A stretch of DNA of 63,487 bases, the filler included. It is 5 parts of 5 records of this genome, joined end to end, with 100 filler letters (N's around TTAATTAATTAA, not from the genome) between each part and the next. Parts side by side here need not be neighbours in the genome. Positions count along the whole stretch, not along the records: positions 36,720 to 48,571 come from SRR20825019_913; positions 48,672 to 58,081 come from SRR20825019_920; 3 more parts are not named here. One strand, given 5' to 3'. The notes under the pieces are model-generated. The model searched no databases and had not been told where the DNA came from. It saw only the letters and a program-made list of their open reading frames with translations. Below, in pieces: positions 41,311-51,488 of the stretch; within the stretch, counting starts at the first letter, position 1; each line of letters starts with the position of its first letter. A program made the translations under genes and the position numbers.

Positions 41311-43136
41311 TGAATTATTTCAAAAAAATACTGCGTTACGCCTATCCATACAAGAGATATGCTTTTTTAAATATCTTTTTTAATGTGCTTTACGCATTAT
41401 TTGGTACACTTTCATTTGTAGCGTTGATTCCTGTTTTAGAAATTATTTTCAGTGATAATCGTACCCTTGAAACTAAACCCATTTATGAAGGGATTTCTAC
41501 AATAAAAGATTTTTCTCAAGAATACCTTAATTACTTTATTATTGACAACATCAATAAACACGGAGAGTTTAAGGTGCTTATGTACATGGTTGGTATTATA
41601 ATTTCTCTTTTTTTATTGAAAAATTTGAGTAATTATTTAGCAATGTTTTACTCCACTTTTCTTCGAAATGGAGTACTAAAAGATTTACGAAATGACCTTT
41701 ATAGCAAAGTAATTCAATTTCCATTAGCGTTCTATTCTGAAAAAAGAAAAGGAGATACCATTTCACGATTAAGTGGTGATGTGGATGAAGTAAAAAACTC
41801 CGTGCTTTCTGTATTAGAAATGATTGTTCGCGAGCCTTTAACGATTATTTTTTCATTGGCTACGATGCTTTTTATAAGTCCAAAGCTTACACTCTTTGTA
41901 TTTTTATTTCTTCCAATTTCAGGGTTTTTAATATCGAAAATTGGTAAGTCTCTTAAAAAAGGATCTTTAAAAGTACAGCAGGAACAAGGAACATTTCTTT
42001 CAATTCTGGAAGAAACTATGGGTGGATTACGAATTATAAAAGCGTTTCATGCTGAAGGTCTTTTTCAAAAGAAATTTGAAGATAGCAACCACCGTTTTTA
42101 TAAATATTCTAATTCGGTTCTTAACCGACAAAACCTAGCATCACCAGTTAGTGAGCTTTTAGGAATTATTACAATAGGAATTTTATTAGTTTATGGCGGC
42201 TATTTGGTTTTTGTTGATAAAACGCTAGAAGCCAGCTTCTTTATTGGCTATATTATGTTGGCATACAACATTCTAACACCTGCTAAGGCTATTGCAAAAG
42301 CAAGCTATTCTGTGAAACGCGCAGATGGTTCTGCACACCGTATTTTGGAGCTATTGGAAGCTAAAAATACAATTACTGATATTGAAAACCCAGTGCAGAA
42401 AGAAGGTTTTGATGGTACTATTTCCATCAAAAATATTTCGTTTAAATACGATGATCAATATGTATTGAAAGATTTTTCTTTGGAAATTCCAAAGGGAAAA
42501 ACGGTTGCACTTGTTGGTCAATCTGGTAGTGGAAAAAGTACAATAGCCAATTTACTAACACGATTTTACGATGTAAATAAAGGAAGCATTGAAATTGATG
42601 GTGTTGACATAAAAGATATTTCAAAAAAGTCATTACGGGGTTTAATGGGGATTGTTTCACAAGATTCCATTCTTTTTAATGACTCCGTAGCAAACAATTT
42701 AAAACTCGGTAAACCGAATGCTTCTGAAGCAGAATTAATGGAAGCTGCAGAAATAAGCAATTCATACGAGTTTATTAAAAATCTTCCCGATGGTTTTGAC
42801 ACCAACATTGGTGATGGAGGAGGAAAAATAAGTGGCGGACAAAAGCAGCGTTTAAGTATTGCGCGGGCTGTTTTGAAAAATCCGCCGATTATGATTTTGG
42901 ATGAAGCAACTTCTGCTTTAGACACTGAAAGTGAGCGTTTGGTGCAAGATGCCTTAGAAAAAATGATGAAAAACAGAACTTCCATCGTCATTGCGCATCG
43001 CCTTTCTACCATTCAAAATGCAGATAATATTGTGGTACTTTCCAAAGGAAAAATCGTAGAACAAGGTAAACACCAAGAACTTTTGGAGAAAAAAGGTGTT
43101 TATTACAGTTTGGTAGAAATGCAATCGCTTGCATAA
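41310..43136 (+). CDS. ABC exporter, fused TMD-NBD (MsbA-like)
   Basis: TM domain followed by GQSGSGKST, ISGGQKQR, LDEATSALD, IAHRLST. Confidence 0.9.
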   Translation: MNYFKKILRYAYPYKRYAFLNIFFNVLYALFGTLSFVALIPVLEIIFSDNRTLETKPIYEGISTIKDFSQEYLNYFIIDNINKHGEFKVLMYMVGIIISLFLLKNLSNYLAMFYSTFLRNGVLKDLRNDLYSKVIQFPLAFYSEKRKGDTISRLSGDVDEVKNSVLSVLEMIVREPLTIIFSLATMLFISPKLTLFVFLFLPISGFLISKIGKSLKKGSLKVQQEQGTFLSILEETMGGLRIIKAFHAEGLFQKKFEDSNHRFYKYSNSVLNRQNLASPVSELLGIITIGILLVYGGYLVFVDKTLEASFFIGYIMLAYNILTPAKAIAKASYSVKRADGSAHRILELLEAKNTITDIENPVQKEGFDGTISIKNISFKYDDQYVLKDFSLEIPKGKTVALVGQSGSGKSTIANLLTRFYDVNKGSIEIDGVDIKDISKKSLRGLMGIVSQDSILFNDSVANNLKLGKPNASEAELMEAAEISNSYEFIKNLPDGFDTNIGDGGGKISGGQKQRLSIARAVLKNPPIMILDEATSALDTESERLVQDALEKMMKNRTSIVIAHRLSTIQNADNIVVLSKGKIVEQGKHQELLEKKGVYYSLVEMQSLA

Positions 43137-43201
43137 ATCTGCGCGTTGCATTAAACCATTCTTTACTATCGTAGTCTTATTACTAAGTTGCGTACTTAAA
43201 A

Positions 43202-43756
43202 ATGGTTGAAGAAAAAGAATTGGTAGCGGCATTGCAAACTGAATCGGAAAAAGAATCCGCATTCAGAGAACTTGTTTCTCAATACAAGGAACGGCTTTAT
43301 TGGCAAATTCGAAATATGGTTTTAGACCATGCTGATGCTGATGATGTGCTTCAAAATACCTTTATAAAAATTTTCAGAAACATCAATTCCTTTAAAAGTG
43401 AAAGTAAGTTGCATACGTGGATGTACCGAATTGCAGCAAATGAATCCATCACTTTTATCAACAAAAAAGCAAAACGCAACAATGTTTCAATAGACAATGT
43501 AAAAGATAATGCGGTTCGGAAATTGGAGAGTGATGTTTATTTTGAAGGTGATACTATTCAGCTTCAATTTCAAAAAGCAATTGCAACTCTACCTGAAAGG
43601 CAAAGGTTAATTTTTACAATGAAATATTTTGAAGACCATACTTTCGAGGAACTTTCAGCCATATTGGAAACTTCTGTGGGCGGTTTAAAGAGCAGCTATC
43701 ACATTGCAGTAAAGAAAATTACAGAATATATAAAAACACAAGATGAAACTCTTTAA
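43202..43756 (+). CDS. ECF RNA polymerase sigma factor
   Basis: DADDVLQNTF, TWMYRIA.N, LPERQRLIF, SVGGLKSSYH. Confidence 0.9.
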   Translation: MVEEKELVAALQTESEKESAFRELVSQYKERLYWQIRNMVLDHADADDVLQNTFIKIFRNINSFKSESKLHTWMYRIAANESITFINKKAKRNNVSIDNVKDNAVRKLESDVYFEGDTIQLQFQKAIATLPERQRLIFTMKYFEDHTFEELSAILETSVGGLKSSYHIAVKKITEYIKTQDETL

Positions 43757-43774
43757 GAAATTTAGAGTCATAGT

Positions 43775-44281
43775 TTGGAAATGAAAAAACAGAAAAAAAA
43801 TACAGGTTTTATTACTCCCGAAAATTATTTCGAGAATTTTGATGCACAACTTTTTGGAAAAATCAAAGCGAATGACTTTCCAAAAACTACTGGTTTTAAA
43901 ACACCTGAAAATTATTTTGAAAGTTTAGAAGAAAATATTTTAAACACCATAAAAGCAGAAGAAAAACCTACGAAGGTTGTTTCATTATTTCCGAAGAAAT
44001 ATTTTGGCTATGCCGCCGCAATTGCTGCTAGTTTGGTTATTGGCTTTGTAACCTTTAACTCCACAAATACTACAAATACAAATCTTGACACCCTACAATT
44101 AGCTGCTATTGACACTTATATAGAAGAAGGTAATTTAAATCTTGACCTTTATGAGCTAACTACTTATATAGATGATGAAGATATTACAGACATAAACCTA
44201 AAAAGCCAACAATTTTCAGAAAGTACCTTGAAAAACTATCTCTTAGAAAATGTTGATGAAGAAACTTTAATAATCGAATAA
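43775..44281 (+). CDS. Putative anti-sigma factor (single TM)
   Basis: Downstream of the ECF gene; two TGFxTPENYFE repeats, then TM segment YAAAIAASLVIG. Confidence 0.65.
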   Translation: MEMKKQKKNTGFITPENYFENFDAQLFGKIKANDFPKTTGFKTPENYFESLEENILNTIKAEEKPTKVVSLFPKKYFGYAAAIAASLVIGFVTFNSTNTTNTNLDTLQLAAIDTYIEEGNLNLDLYELTTYIDDEDITDINLKSQQFSESTLKNYLLENVDEETLIIE

Positions 44282-44724
44282 TGAAAAAATTACTTTTTTT
44301 ACTTTTAGTATGTACCGTTGCGGCCCAAGCGCAGGATGGAAAGCATGAAAAGATTAAAGCACTCAAAACAGCTTATATAACTGAGAAGTTAGCATTAACA
44401 CCATCAGAAGCTGAAAAATTTTGGCCTATTTACAATGAATTTGACGAGAAATTTCATGAGTTACGAAAAAAAGAAAAAAGTGAAATTTTTTCTAAACTAC
44501 GTGCAGGTCTAGATAATCTAAGTGAAGCAGAAGCAAATACACTTATTGATAAAAGTTTTTCTATACAAACAGAAGAATTAGAATTACGTAAGCAAATGAT
44601 TAAAGCCCTAAGAAACGTATTATCTCCAAAAAAAATAATCATCCTTAAAAAAACGGAAGATGATTTTAAAAGGGAGCTTTTGGCACGATATAGGCAAAAC
44701 AAAAATGAAAAAGGAAATAAATAA
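44281..44724 (+). CDS. Periplasmic helical Spy/CpxP-like protein of the ECF operon
   Basis: Signal peptide; KTAYITEKLALTPSEAEKFWPIY. Confidence 0.65.
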   Translation: MKKLLFLLLVCTVAAQAQDGKHEKIKALKTAYITEKLALTPSEAEKFWPIYNEFDEKFHELRKKEKSEIFSKLRAGLDNLSEAEANTLIDKSFSIQTEELELRKQMIKALRNVLSPKKIIILKKTEDDFKRELLARYRQNKNEKGNK

Positions 44725-44750
44725 AAAAACCCCAAATTGGGGCTTTTTTT
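44723..44750. terminator. Bidirectional terminator
   Basis: A-run, ccccaa / ttgggg stem, T-run between convergent genes. Confidence 0.6.
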
Positions 44751-44769
44751 ATTTATAATCGGTTACTAA

Positions 44770-45615
44770 TTATTTAGCTCCCCATTCTTTTAAAGACTTT
44801 TCATTTAAAGCTACATAATCAGTATTTCCGGCTGTTTTAGCTAGTTCTAATGATTTTTTTGCAGCTTCTATAGCTCCTTTTTTATCACCAGCTTTAGCAT
44901 AAATCAATGATTTTTGACGTAGTTGCCAGAAAGCAGGTTCTTTGTTCATATCTATAGCTTTATCAATCCATGTTTTAGCTTGATTAATATCTTTACCAGA
45001 CTCTAAATAGTAAACAGCTGAAGCATAATAATCACCCGCACTTGGACCATTCATCGTTTTTTCTATTCCAGCAGTAACTGCTTTATCAGTAAAAAACTTA
45101 ATTGGCACGCCTACATAAGCTTTCTCCCACATCATACCTAACAAAACAGAATCATTAGTTAAATCATCAAGAGACATAGTAAAAGTTTCAATATCAATTG
45201 GTAACGGATATGCATCAACAGTTACTTTTGCAGCTACTTTAGATTCGTCCCAATTTTCTGGAGTACCCCAACTTGAAGCATCGCTATAAAAATATACTTC
45301 CCAACTAGAAGCGCTTGGTTTTGTATAAACTGCGTACGTACCTGCTTTTAGAGTTTTACCTCCAATTTCAACGCCATCGCTGAATGTAATTTTGGTACTT
45401 GCATTTGCGCCTGTCCGCCACATTTTATCATAAGGAACTAAACTTCCAAAAATTGTTCTACCCTTCATAGAAGGACGAGAATATTCAAGAGTAACATCTG
45501 TTAATCCTACTTTTTGCTCAATTTTTTGAAAAGGGCTTGCTTGAGGAGTTTGTACTTGAGCCTGAATACTAATTGTAAGCATTAAGGCAGAAAAAAGTAA
45601 AATAATTTTTTTCAT
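44770..45615 (-). CDS. DUF2911 family exported protein
   Basis: Signal peptide; PQASP, YSRP..KGR.IFG.LVPY..MWRTGAN; C-terminal TPR-like helices. Confidence 0.8.
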   Translation of the reverse strand: MKKIILLFSALMLTISIQAQVQTPQASPFQKIEQKVGLTDVTLEYSRPSMKGRTIFGSLVPYDKMWRTGANASTKITFSDGVEIGGKTLKAGTYAVYTKPSASSWEVYFYSDASSWGTPENWDESKVAAKVTVDAYPLPIDIETFTMSLDDLTNDSVLLGMMWEKAYVGVPIKFFTDKAVTAGIEKTMNGPSAGDYYASAVYYLESGKDINQAKTWIDKAIDMNKEPAFWQLRQKSLIYAKAGDKKGAIEAAKKSLELAKTAGNTDYVALNEKSLKEWGAK

Positions 45616-45950
45616 TGTAATGGATTTAAGGTGTGTATATTTCCTACGAAAATACAATAAGCGATATTTTTAATAGTTAAGAAAAGCTTAAATATGTTAA
45701 TAATATTAACCTTCCCTCTTCCTGAAAACCACAGCTATACGCAAAACATGCGATAATTGTTAATTTTTTGTTTAATCTTTTTTTGATTTATTAAAACAAA
45801 CTAATTTTAAAGGAAAAAGAAATGTTATGTTAAATTTATTAAGAAGAATACTCCGAATAAAATTTGAAAATAAAGCTATTGAAGCTAAAACCTATAGGCT
45901 ATTACGTATGAATAAGAAGCTTTCAATTAAGCAAAGCAAATAAAAATAGC

Positions 45951-47255
45951 TTGACAGAAAAAATTACTATTTTTTGGTTTCGAAGAGATTTAAGACTAAT
46001 TGATAATGTTGGATTATATAATGCGCTTCAAGGAAAACATCCTGTGATTCCTATATTTATTTTCGATACTGAAATAATTAACGAACTTCCAAAAAACGAC
46101 CTGCGTATTAGCTTTATTTTTGAAACCCTTCAAAAAATACGTACTGAATTAAAGAAGTATGGAAGCAGTATTGCTTTATATCACGGTAAACCCGAACAGG
46201 TATTCGAAGAAATTTTTTCTGAATTTAATATTCAAAATGTATTAACCAATCACGATTACGAACCCTATGCAAGAACGCGTGATAAAAATATTGAAAAACT
46301 ACTTTCACGAAAAAGCATTGGTTTTACTACTTTTAAAGACCAAGTAATTTTTGAAAAAAATGAAGTTGTAAAAGACAATGGCGACCCATACATTGTTTAC
46401 ACTCCCTATATGAAAGTATGGAAGAAAAAATTTATTTCAGAATATCAAGAAAAAAAAATCAACACTAAATCGCATTTTAATAATCTTTATAAAAATTTAA
46501 AACTTCCTAATCTTTCTCTAAATGATATTGGTTTCAAAAAATCAGGGATACCAATTCCTAATTTTGATGTTTCTTCAACAACAGTTAAAAATTATGTAGC
46601 CAAAAGAAATTTTCCTGCGGAAGATGCTACAAGTTATTTAGGAATACACCTTCGTTTTGGTACAGTGAGCATTCGAGAAATAATAAAAAAAGCAACTTTT
46701 GAAACTAATGAAGTATTTTGGCAAGAACTAATTTGGAGAGAGTTTTTTATGCAAATTCTTTGGCATTTCCCAGAAACAGTGAAGAATGCGTTTAAAAAGA
46801 AATACGACCGTATTAATTGGCGAAATAACGAAGAAGAATTCCAAATTTGGAAAGAAGGAAAAACAGGCTACCCACTTGTTGATGCTGGCATGCGTCAGTT
46901 AAACGAAACTGGATATATGCACAATAGAGTTCGAATGGTAGCGGCTAGTTTTTTATGCAAGCACCTTTTAATTGATTGGCGGTGGGGTGAGGCTTATTTT
47001 GCGGAAAAATTAGGCGATTATGAAATGTCCAGCAATGTTGGTAACTGGCAATGGGTGGCAGGAAGTGGTGTTGATGCAGCCCCCTATTTTCGAATTTTCA
47101 ATCCAACTACTCAAATTGAAAAATTTGATAAAGAATATAAGTACATTAAAAAATGGGTGCCTGAATTTGGAAGCAGCAGCTACCCAAATCAAATGGTAGC
47201 GCATAAAGAAGCCCGTGAACGCTGCCTAAATATTTACAAAGCTGCTTTATCCTGA
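45951..47255 (+). CDS. phr: Deoxyribodipyrimidine (CPD) photolyase
   Basis: WFRRDLR, LRFGTVS, ELIWREF, GKTGYPLVDAGMRQL, MHNRVRM, GNWQW, PYFRIFNP. Confidence 0.92.
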   Translation: MTEKITIFWFRRDLRLIDNVGLYNALQGKHPVIPIFIFDTEIINELPKNDLRISFIFETLQKIRTELKKYGSSIALYHGKPEQVFEEIFSEFNIQNVLTNHDYEPYARTRDKNIEKLLSRKSIGFTTFKDQVIFEKNEVVKDNGDPYIVYTPYMKVWKKKFISEYQEKKINTKSHFNNLYKNLKLPNLSLNDIGFKKSGIPIPNFDVSSTTVKNYVAKRNFPAEDATSYLGIHLRFGTVSIREIIKKATFETNEVFWQELIWREFFMQILWHFPETVKNAFKKKYDRINWRNNEEEFQIWKEGKTGYPLVDAGMRQLNETGYMHNRVRMVAASFLCKHLLIDWRWGEAYFAEKLGDYEMSSNVGNWQWVAGSGVDAAPYFRIFNPTTQIEKFDKEYKYIKKWVPEFGSSSYPNQMVAHKEARERCLNIYKAALS

Positions 47256-47377
47256 AAACCAAAAGTTCTTTTTAGTGTTGTTAAATAAAATGTAAATAAA
47301 GTGTAATTTTATTTTGTTCTACACAATTTTGCTACTCTTGCACAGTTAAAAGAAAGCATTACAATAAAACCAACACT

Positions 47378-47965
47378 ATGAAGAAAATTTTAATACTGAT
47401 CTTCCCGCTATTTCTATTTTCGCTGACCTTGACAGCACAAGACTCTATTCAAATTATTAAAAATTCCCTTAACGACCAAATAACTGAAACTATTGAGAAA
47501 AGCAATAGTTATCAAGATTATAAGGTTATTAAAAAAGTAAAGTTAGCCACTTTAAAAAAAAATATTTTAGATACAGTTGCATTGCTGGAAAAAAATATAA
47601 ATTCTCAAGAGGTAGAATTAGGTCATAGAAAAAGCGAAATAGATTCACTTAGAAAGAACTTAACTAATACAAAACAAAATCTTGCAACTTCAAAAGAAAA
47701 AGAAGATGGTATTCTCTTTTTTGGAACCTTAGTGTCAAAAATTACCTACAATACGATAATGTGGGGTATAATTATTATTTTATTAGTCATTACTGGCTTC
47801 TTATTCTACCGCTTTATAAACAGTCACAAAATTACAAACGAAGCCCAATTAAAAATGGCTGAGATGGAAATAGAATTAGAAGATTACCGTCGAAATAGCC
47901 TTGAACGTGAACAAAAATTACGTAGAAAGCTTCAAGATGAAATTAATAAAAATCGAAAAGGGTAA
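47378..47965 (+). CDS. Conserved exported coiled-coil membrane protein of unknown function
   Basis: Signal peptide, SNSYQDYKVIK, coiled coil, TM, LEREQKLRRKLQDE; no catalytic motif seen. Confidence 0.7.
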   Translation: MKKILILIFPLFLFSLTLTAQDSIQIIKNSLNDQITETIEKSNSYQDYKVIKKVKLATLKKNILDTVALLEKNINSQEVELGHRKSEIDSLRKNLTNTKQNLATSKEKEDGILFFGTLVSKITYNTIMWGIIIILLVITGFLFYRFINSHKITNEAQLKMAEMEIELEDYRRNSLEREQKLRRKLQDEINKNRKG

Positions 47966-47970
47966 ATTAA

Positions 47971-48571
47971 TTAGGGTTCTGTTCTAGTAATTTTTGCTCC
48001 AATTGCACGAAGTCTTTCGTCAATATTTTCATAACCACGATCAATCTGTTCAATATTATGGATTGTACTAACTCCTTGTGCTGAAAGTGCTGCAATCAAC
48101 AATGAAATTCCTGCACGTATATCTGGAGAAACCATTGTTGTAGCCTTTAGGTTTGACTGAAAGTTATGACCAATTACTGTAGCTCTATGTGGATCGCAAA
48201 GAATAATTTTCGCTCCCATATCAATCAATTTATCTACAAAGAACAGACGACTTTCAAACATTTTTTGGTGAATAAGCACACTTCCTTTTGCTTGAGTACA
48301 CACAACAAGTACAATACTTAAAAGGTCTGGAGTAAACCCTGGCCATGGTGCATCTGCAACTGTAAGTATCGATCCATCTATATAGCCCTGTATTTCGTAT
48401 TCCTTTTGTAACGGAATATGAATATCGTCGCCTTTTTTATTGAGCTTAATACCAAGTTTTCTAAAAGTATCTGGAATAATACCAAGGTTTTCCCAACTAA
48501 CATTTTTAATTGTTATTTCACTTTTAGTCATAGCCGCAAGACCAATCCAGCTACCAATTTCAATCATATCA
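47971..48571 (-). CDS. murA: UDP-N-acetylglucosamine 1-carboxyvinyltransferase, C-terminal part (5' end cut)
   Basis: DMIE, PWPGFTPD, MFESR, SPDIRAG, IDRGYE. Confidence 0.92.
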
Positions 48572-48671
48572 NNNNNNNNNNNNNNNNNNNNNNNNNNNNN
48601 NNNNNNNNNNNNNNNTTAATTAATTAANNNNNNNNNNNNNNNNNNNNNNNNNNNNNNNNNNNNNNNNNNNN
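48572..48671. other. Artificial contig spacer
   Basis: N44-TTAATTAATTAA-N44. Confidence 0.98.
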
Positions 48672-49179
48672 TCAGCAGGGGCCAACCGCTAGCCCGCATC
48701 AAACAAAGAAAGAGAAGTTTGGCAAATCGTGTGAGTCAAAAGGTAGAGGGTGGGCGGGACTGAAACCGAATGACCCCCGCGGGGGTCAGCCACCGTGGGC
48801 CCCGTGCTGTACCGTGTACGGTCGCTCCACCTTGCGGTCCGCTGCACACGTCATGGCGACCCTCCGGGTGGGCCTGGGCCTCACGCGAGTTGCCGGGGGG
48901 CCCGGCCGGGCCCACCCGGACCGGCGCGGCCGCGCTGGTTTTTGAAACCGTCAGTGACGTTCTTGTCCGATCGAATGAACCGTAAACTCCACTGGGGCCC
49001 GACCCCGCCCGGCAATGCCCGGCCTGATGATGAGCCGGAGCGGCCAACCCACTCACGGCGCGGCACCTTGAGTGCAAAGGGTTATGTATATGGGTGGCTG
49101 TCTGTGGTGTAAGCTGTGGCGTATCAGTCGGCAACTGGTTCCGCCCCAAGCCGCGAGTGTGCCCGCGGTGGAGGTTGTC

Positions 49180-49692
49180 ATGAAGGCCTTTCGTGGCGAT
49201 GGAAAGTATGAGGGCGACGGCGGCGAGGCGCTGGAGCGGTTGTGGAATGCATTCGACTGGAGAGAGATCAAGAACTGCCCCGGTCGTTATGTGACGTCGA
49301 ATAGCACTGTGGGGTTGTTGTCGACGGAGGCACTGTGCGCGGAGGTAGGGGCTTCGGCAGAGTTCCACAGCATCAACATCGAAGGCAAAGACTCGGTGGT
49401 CATCGCGCGGTTGGCAGGCGGTGGCGGGGTATTGACCTATATCAAGCCGCACCAGCCAGTCCGGTATGTCCACACGCTCAACACTGAAAGTGGCCTTCTG
49501 CGCAAGGTCCGGGCCCTTGGTACCAGTCCACGTGCCCTGCATCTCGATCGCCTCTCACACGTGATGCCACTGATGCTCATACTTGACCAGCTTAGCCACG
49601 CGGAGGTCAATGCCTCTGCTACCCTCCTCGTCCGCAGGCTGTTGGATGTTGACCGTTGCAGCATGGGAACAAGGAGAAAGGAGGAGCGGTAG
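49180..49692 (+). CDS. Eukaryotic hypothetical protein with WREIKNCPGRY / GGGVLTY / YVHTLNTESG motifs
   Basis: Globular-looking sequence, TATA-like element at about 49087; start could be 49084 or 49180. Confidence 0.6.
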   Translation: MKAFRGDGKYEGDGGEALERLWNAFDWREIKNCPGRYVTSNSTVGLLSTEALCAEVGASAEFHSINIEGKDSVVIARLAGGGGVLTYIKPHQPVRYVHTLNTESGLLRKVRALGTSPRALHLDRLSHVMPLMLILDQLSHAEVNASATLLVRRLLDVDRCSMGTRRKEER

Positions 49693-49786
49693 AGAGTGGA
49701 TCTTGTGAACGAGGAGCTGGTCCGATGGAGAAGCTGGCATGGCCTTGGGGGCAGTCAGTGGCGCGGCAACATCACTGTACAACTGT

Positions 49787-50185
49787 TTATTTGGAGGGCC
49801 ACGGAGTAGAAGTGGACACCCTCGACATGGTCTCCAAGTCCACCGGCACCGCAAAGGCTTCGGACGCTGGTCGCTTGGCCCCCCTGAGCATGCGTGCACA
49901 GCGGGCCTTGCGCACCATGCGCTGTATCGGGTCAGGGTGTATATAAAACCAGTCGCGGTCGTTCTGGTTGCGGTTCTGATTGTAGGCCGCTTCGCGCTCC
50001 GGCGTGATCAAGTTGTCCTGCACAAAGTCCTTCAGTGAACCATGGCGGTACTGCTTGAAGCGAGTGACGTCGTCCGGCGCTGCGATAGGAGACGCCCGGC
50101 GGCCGGGCGGCGGCGACTCAGCGCGAGGCCACCGGTCCGGGTACGGCGTACGGTACGGCACCGGCCCGCTGGCGCGGCGGGTCAT
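49787..50185 (-). CDS. Small hypothetical protein (132 aa, Pro/Arg-rich N-terminus)
   Basis: ATG start, GC3-biased codons, TATA-like element just upstream, AATAAA overlapping the stop. Confidence 0.45.
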   Translation of the reverse strand: MTRRASGPVPYRTPYPDRWPRAESPPPGRRASPIAAPDDVTRFKQYRHGSLKDFVQDNLITPEREAAYNQNRNQNDRDWFYIHPDPIQRMVRKARCARMLRGAKRPASEAFAVPVDLETMSRVSTSTPWPSK

Positions 50186-50288
50186 GCAAGATATAACACA
50201 TCGGTCTGATCATAACCACGGCAAGCAGGCACCTGCGTCCCACCGTCGCCGGACAATTACACCACTTTTTTCTTCCAACCGCAGTCTT

Positions 50289-51488
50289 CTAAGCCGGGAT
50301 CTCAACCTCGAATGCATCAGTCCACACAAACGGAAGTATTCTCCCAGCTTCGTCAAACTGCACTGGGGCCCAGTAGGTCGGATCCCTACCGAGCCGGTAG
50401 TTCGGCTGTCCACTAACCTCGCATGCCTCGTGCGGCGAGTTTCCACAAAGTGACTTGCACGAAGGGTTGTTCCCGGGTCCCTGAAGCCACAGGTTACCCA
50501 TCCACAACAGAGTCGGATCTCCGTTGGGTGTCGCGCTTGGAATGACGGAAATTGTGTAGCCCTGGGCAGGGACGGTAAAGTGGCCACTCCCGTAAGCATC
50601 GCCGCGGCAAATGGGCGCGCTGGGATCAGGGCAATTCGCGTCGGAGTTTGGTAGGGACTGCCGCACCCACGGCCCCATAATGCTCTTGGAAGTGAAAACG
50701 ACAAAGCCCGAACCCTCCCTGCAGGCACAGCAGCAGTTGCCATACGCCACATAATACACGCCTTTGCGCTTGAAGAGCACCGGACTCTCCACAAAATCGT
50801 CTGGGAAAAACCCGGTGACATTGACGTGGGTTGCCGTCAGGTAGTCTTCTGACAGCCGCTCGATCGAGACGAGGTGGTTCTGGGGCCGGTGACCATCGAC
50901 TAATCCTGCGAAGATAATGTATCCCTGGCCATCATCATCGATAAAGATATAGTTGCCATCAGTCTGGCCGCCGAGCCGGCTCGACTGCGGTTTCAGCACA
51001 CCGTCAGGATAGGAGAAATGGATGCCGTCGTCTGAGACTGCATTGCCCCACACTCCCATGCCAAACCACGCAACAAACCGATGGCGAGTCTCGTCGTATA
51101 CTACCCACGGGACCCACTGTATCCCTGTGCCCTGAGGGAAGATCAGACCCTCGTCCTTCCATGACAGCAGGTCAGTCGATGTGTATACACCCACAACAGG
51201 GGCCCCCTGACTCGCCCATGTCCCCTCATAGCCAGTCGCGTTCCCGTAACGCTCTCCATACCAGTAGTATGTTCCATTTACACACAAGATCCCGCCGCTG
51301 TGCGCATCAATGATATTTCCGTTGATATCAGTCCTGGGCTGATCGTTCCGGATAGTGACGGTGCGGGATCGGCCACCCGAACTAGTTGTCTCGAGTGTGT
51401 GGTGCAAGCTTGCCACAGGGTATCTGAGGTGGGCTTGCGCAGCGGCGAATACAACTAACACGGCGAAGGATACACCTCGACGCCACAT
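50289..51488 (-). CDS. Secreted glycoside hydrolase family 43 (GH43_24-like five-bladed propeller)
   Basis: Signal peptide MWRRGVSFAVLVVFAAAQA; GNIIDAHSGG, YYWYGE, YTSTDL.SW, FIDDDGQGY, ERLSEDY, ESPVLFKRKGVYY, GPW, PAQ. Confidence 0.85.
   Translation of the reverse strand: MWRRGVSFAVLVVFAAAQAHLRYPVASLHHTLETTSSGGRSRTVTIRNDQPRTDINGNIIDAHSGGILCVNGTYYWYGERYGNATGYEGTWASQGAPVVGVYTSTDLLSWKDEGLIFPQGTGIQWVPWVVYDETRHRFVAWFGMGVWGNAVSDDGIHFSYPDGVLKPQSSRLGGQTDGNYIFIDDDGQGYIIFAGLVDGHRPQNHLVSIERLSEDYLTATHVNVTGFFPDDFVESPVLFKRKGVYYVAYGNCCCACREGSGFVVFTSKSIMGPWVRQSLPNSDANCPDPSAPICRGDAYGSGHFTVPAQGYTISVIPSATPNGDPTLLWMGNLWLQGPGNNPSCKSLCGNSPHEACEVSGQPNYRLGRDPTYWAPVQFDEAGRILPFVWTDAFEVEIPA

Noticed and set aside
45827-45943. 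38-aa basic small ORF upstream of the photolyase
   Set aside because: Too short, no recognisable motif, plausible by chance.
47378-47965. Possible tRNA methyltransferase label sometimes attached to this Flavobacteria family
   Set aside because: Only a signal peptide, coiled coil and TM helix are seen; no SPOUT or SAM-binding motifs.
48672-48699. Possible start of another gene (MRASGWPLL) on the minus strand at the contig edge
   Set aside because: Only nine codons are available, too few to support a call.
49690-49808. Protein-like continuation after TAG (RVDLVNEELVRWR...), suggesting TAG reassignment in the eukaryote
   Set aside because: The GH43, protease and PARG-like genes all end in TAG at plausible ends and have no internal TAG, so the standard code suffices.
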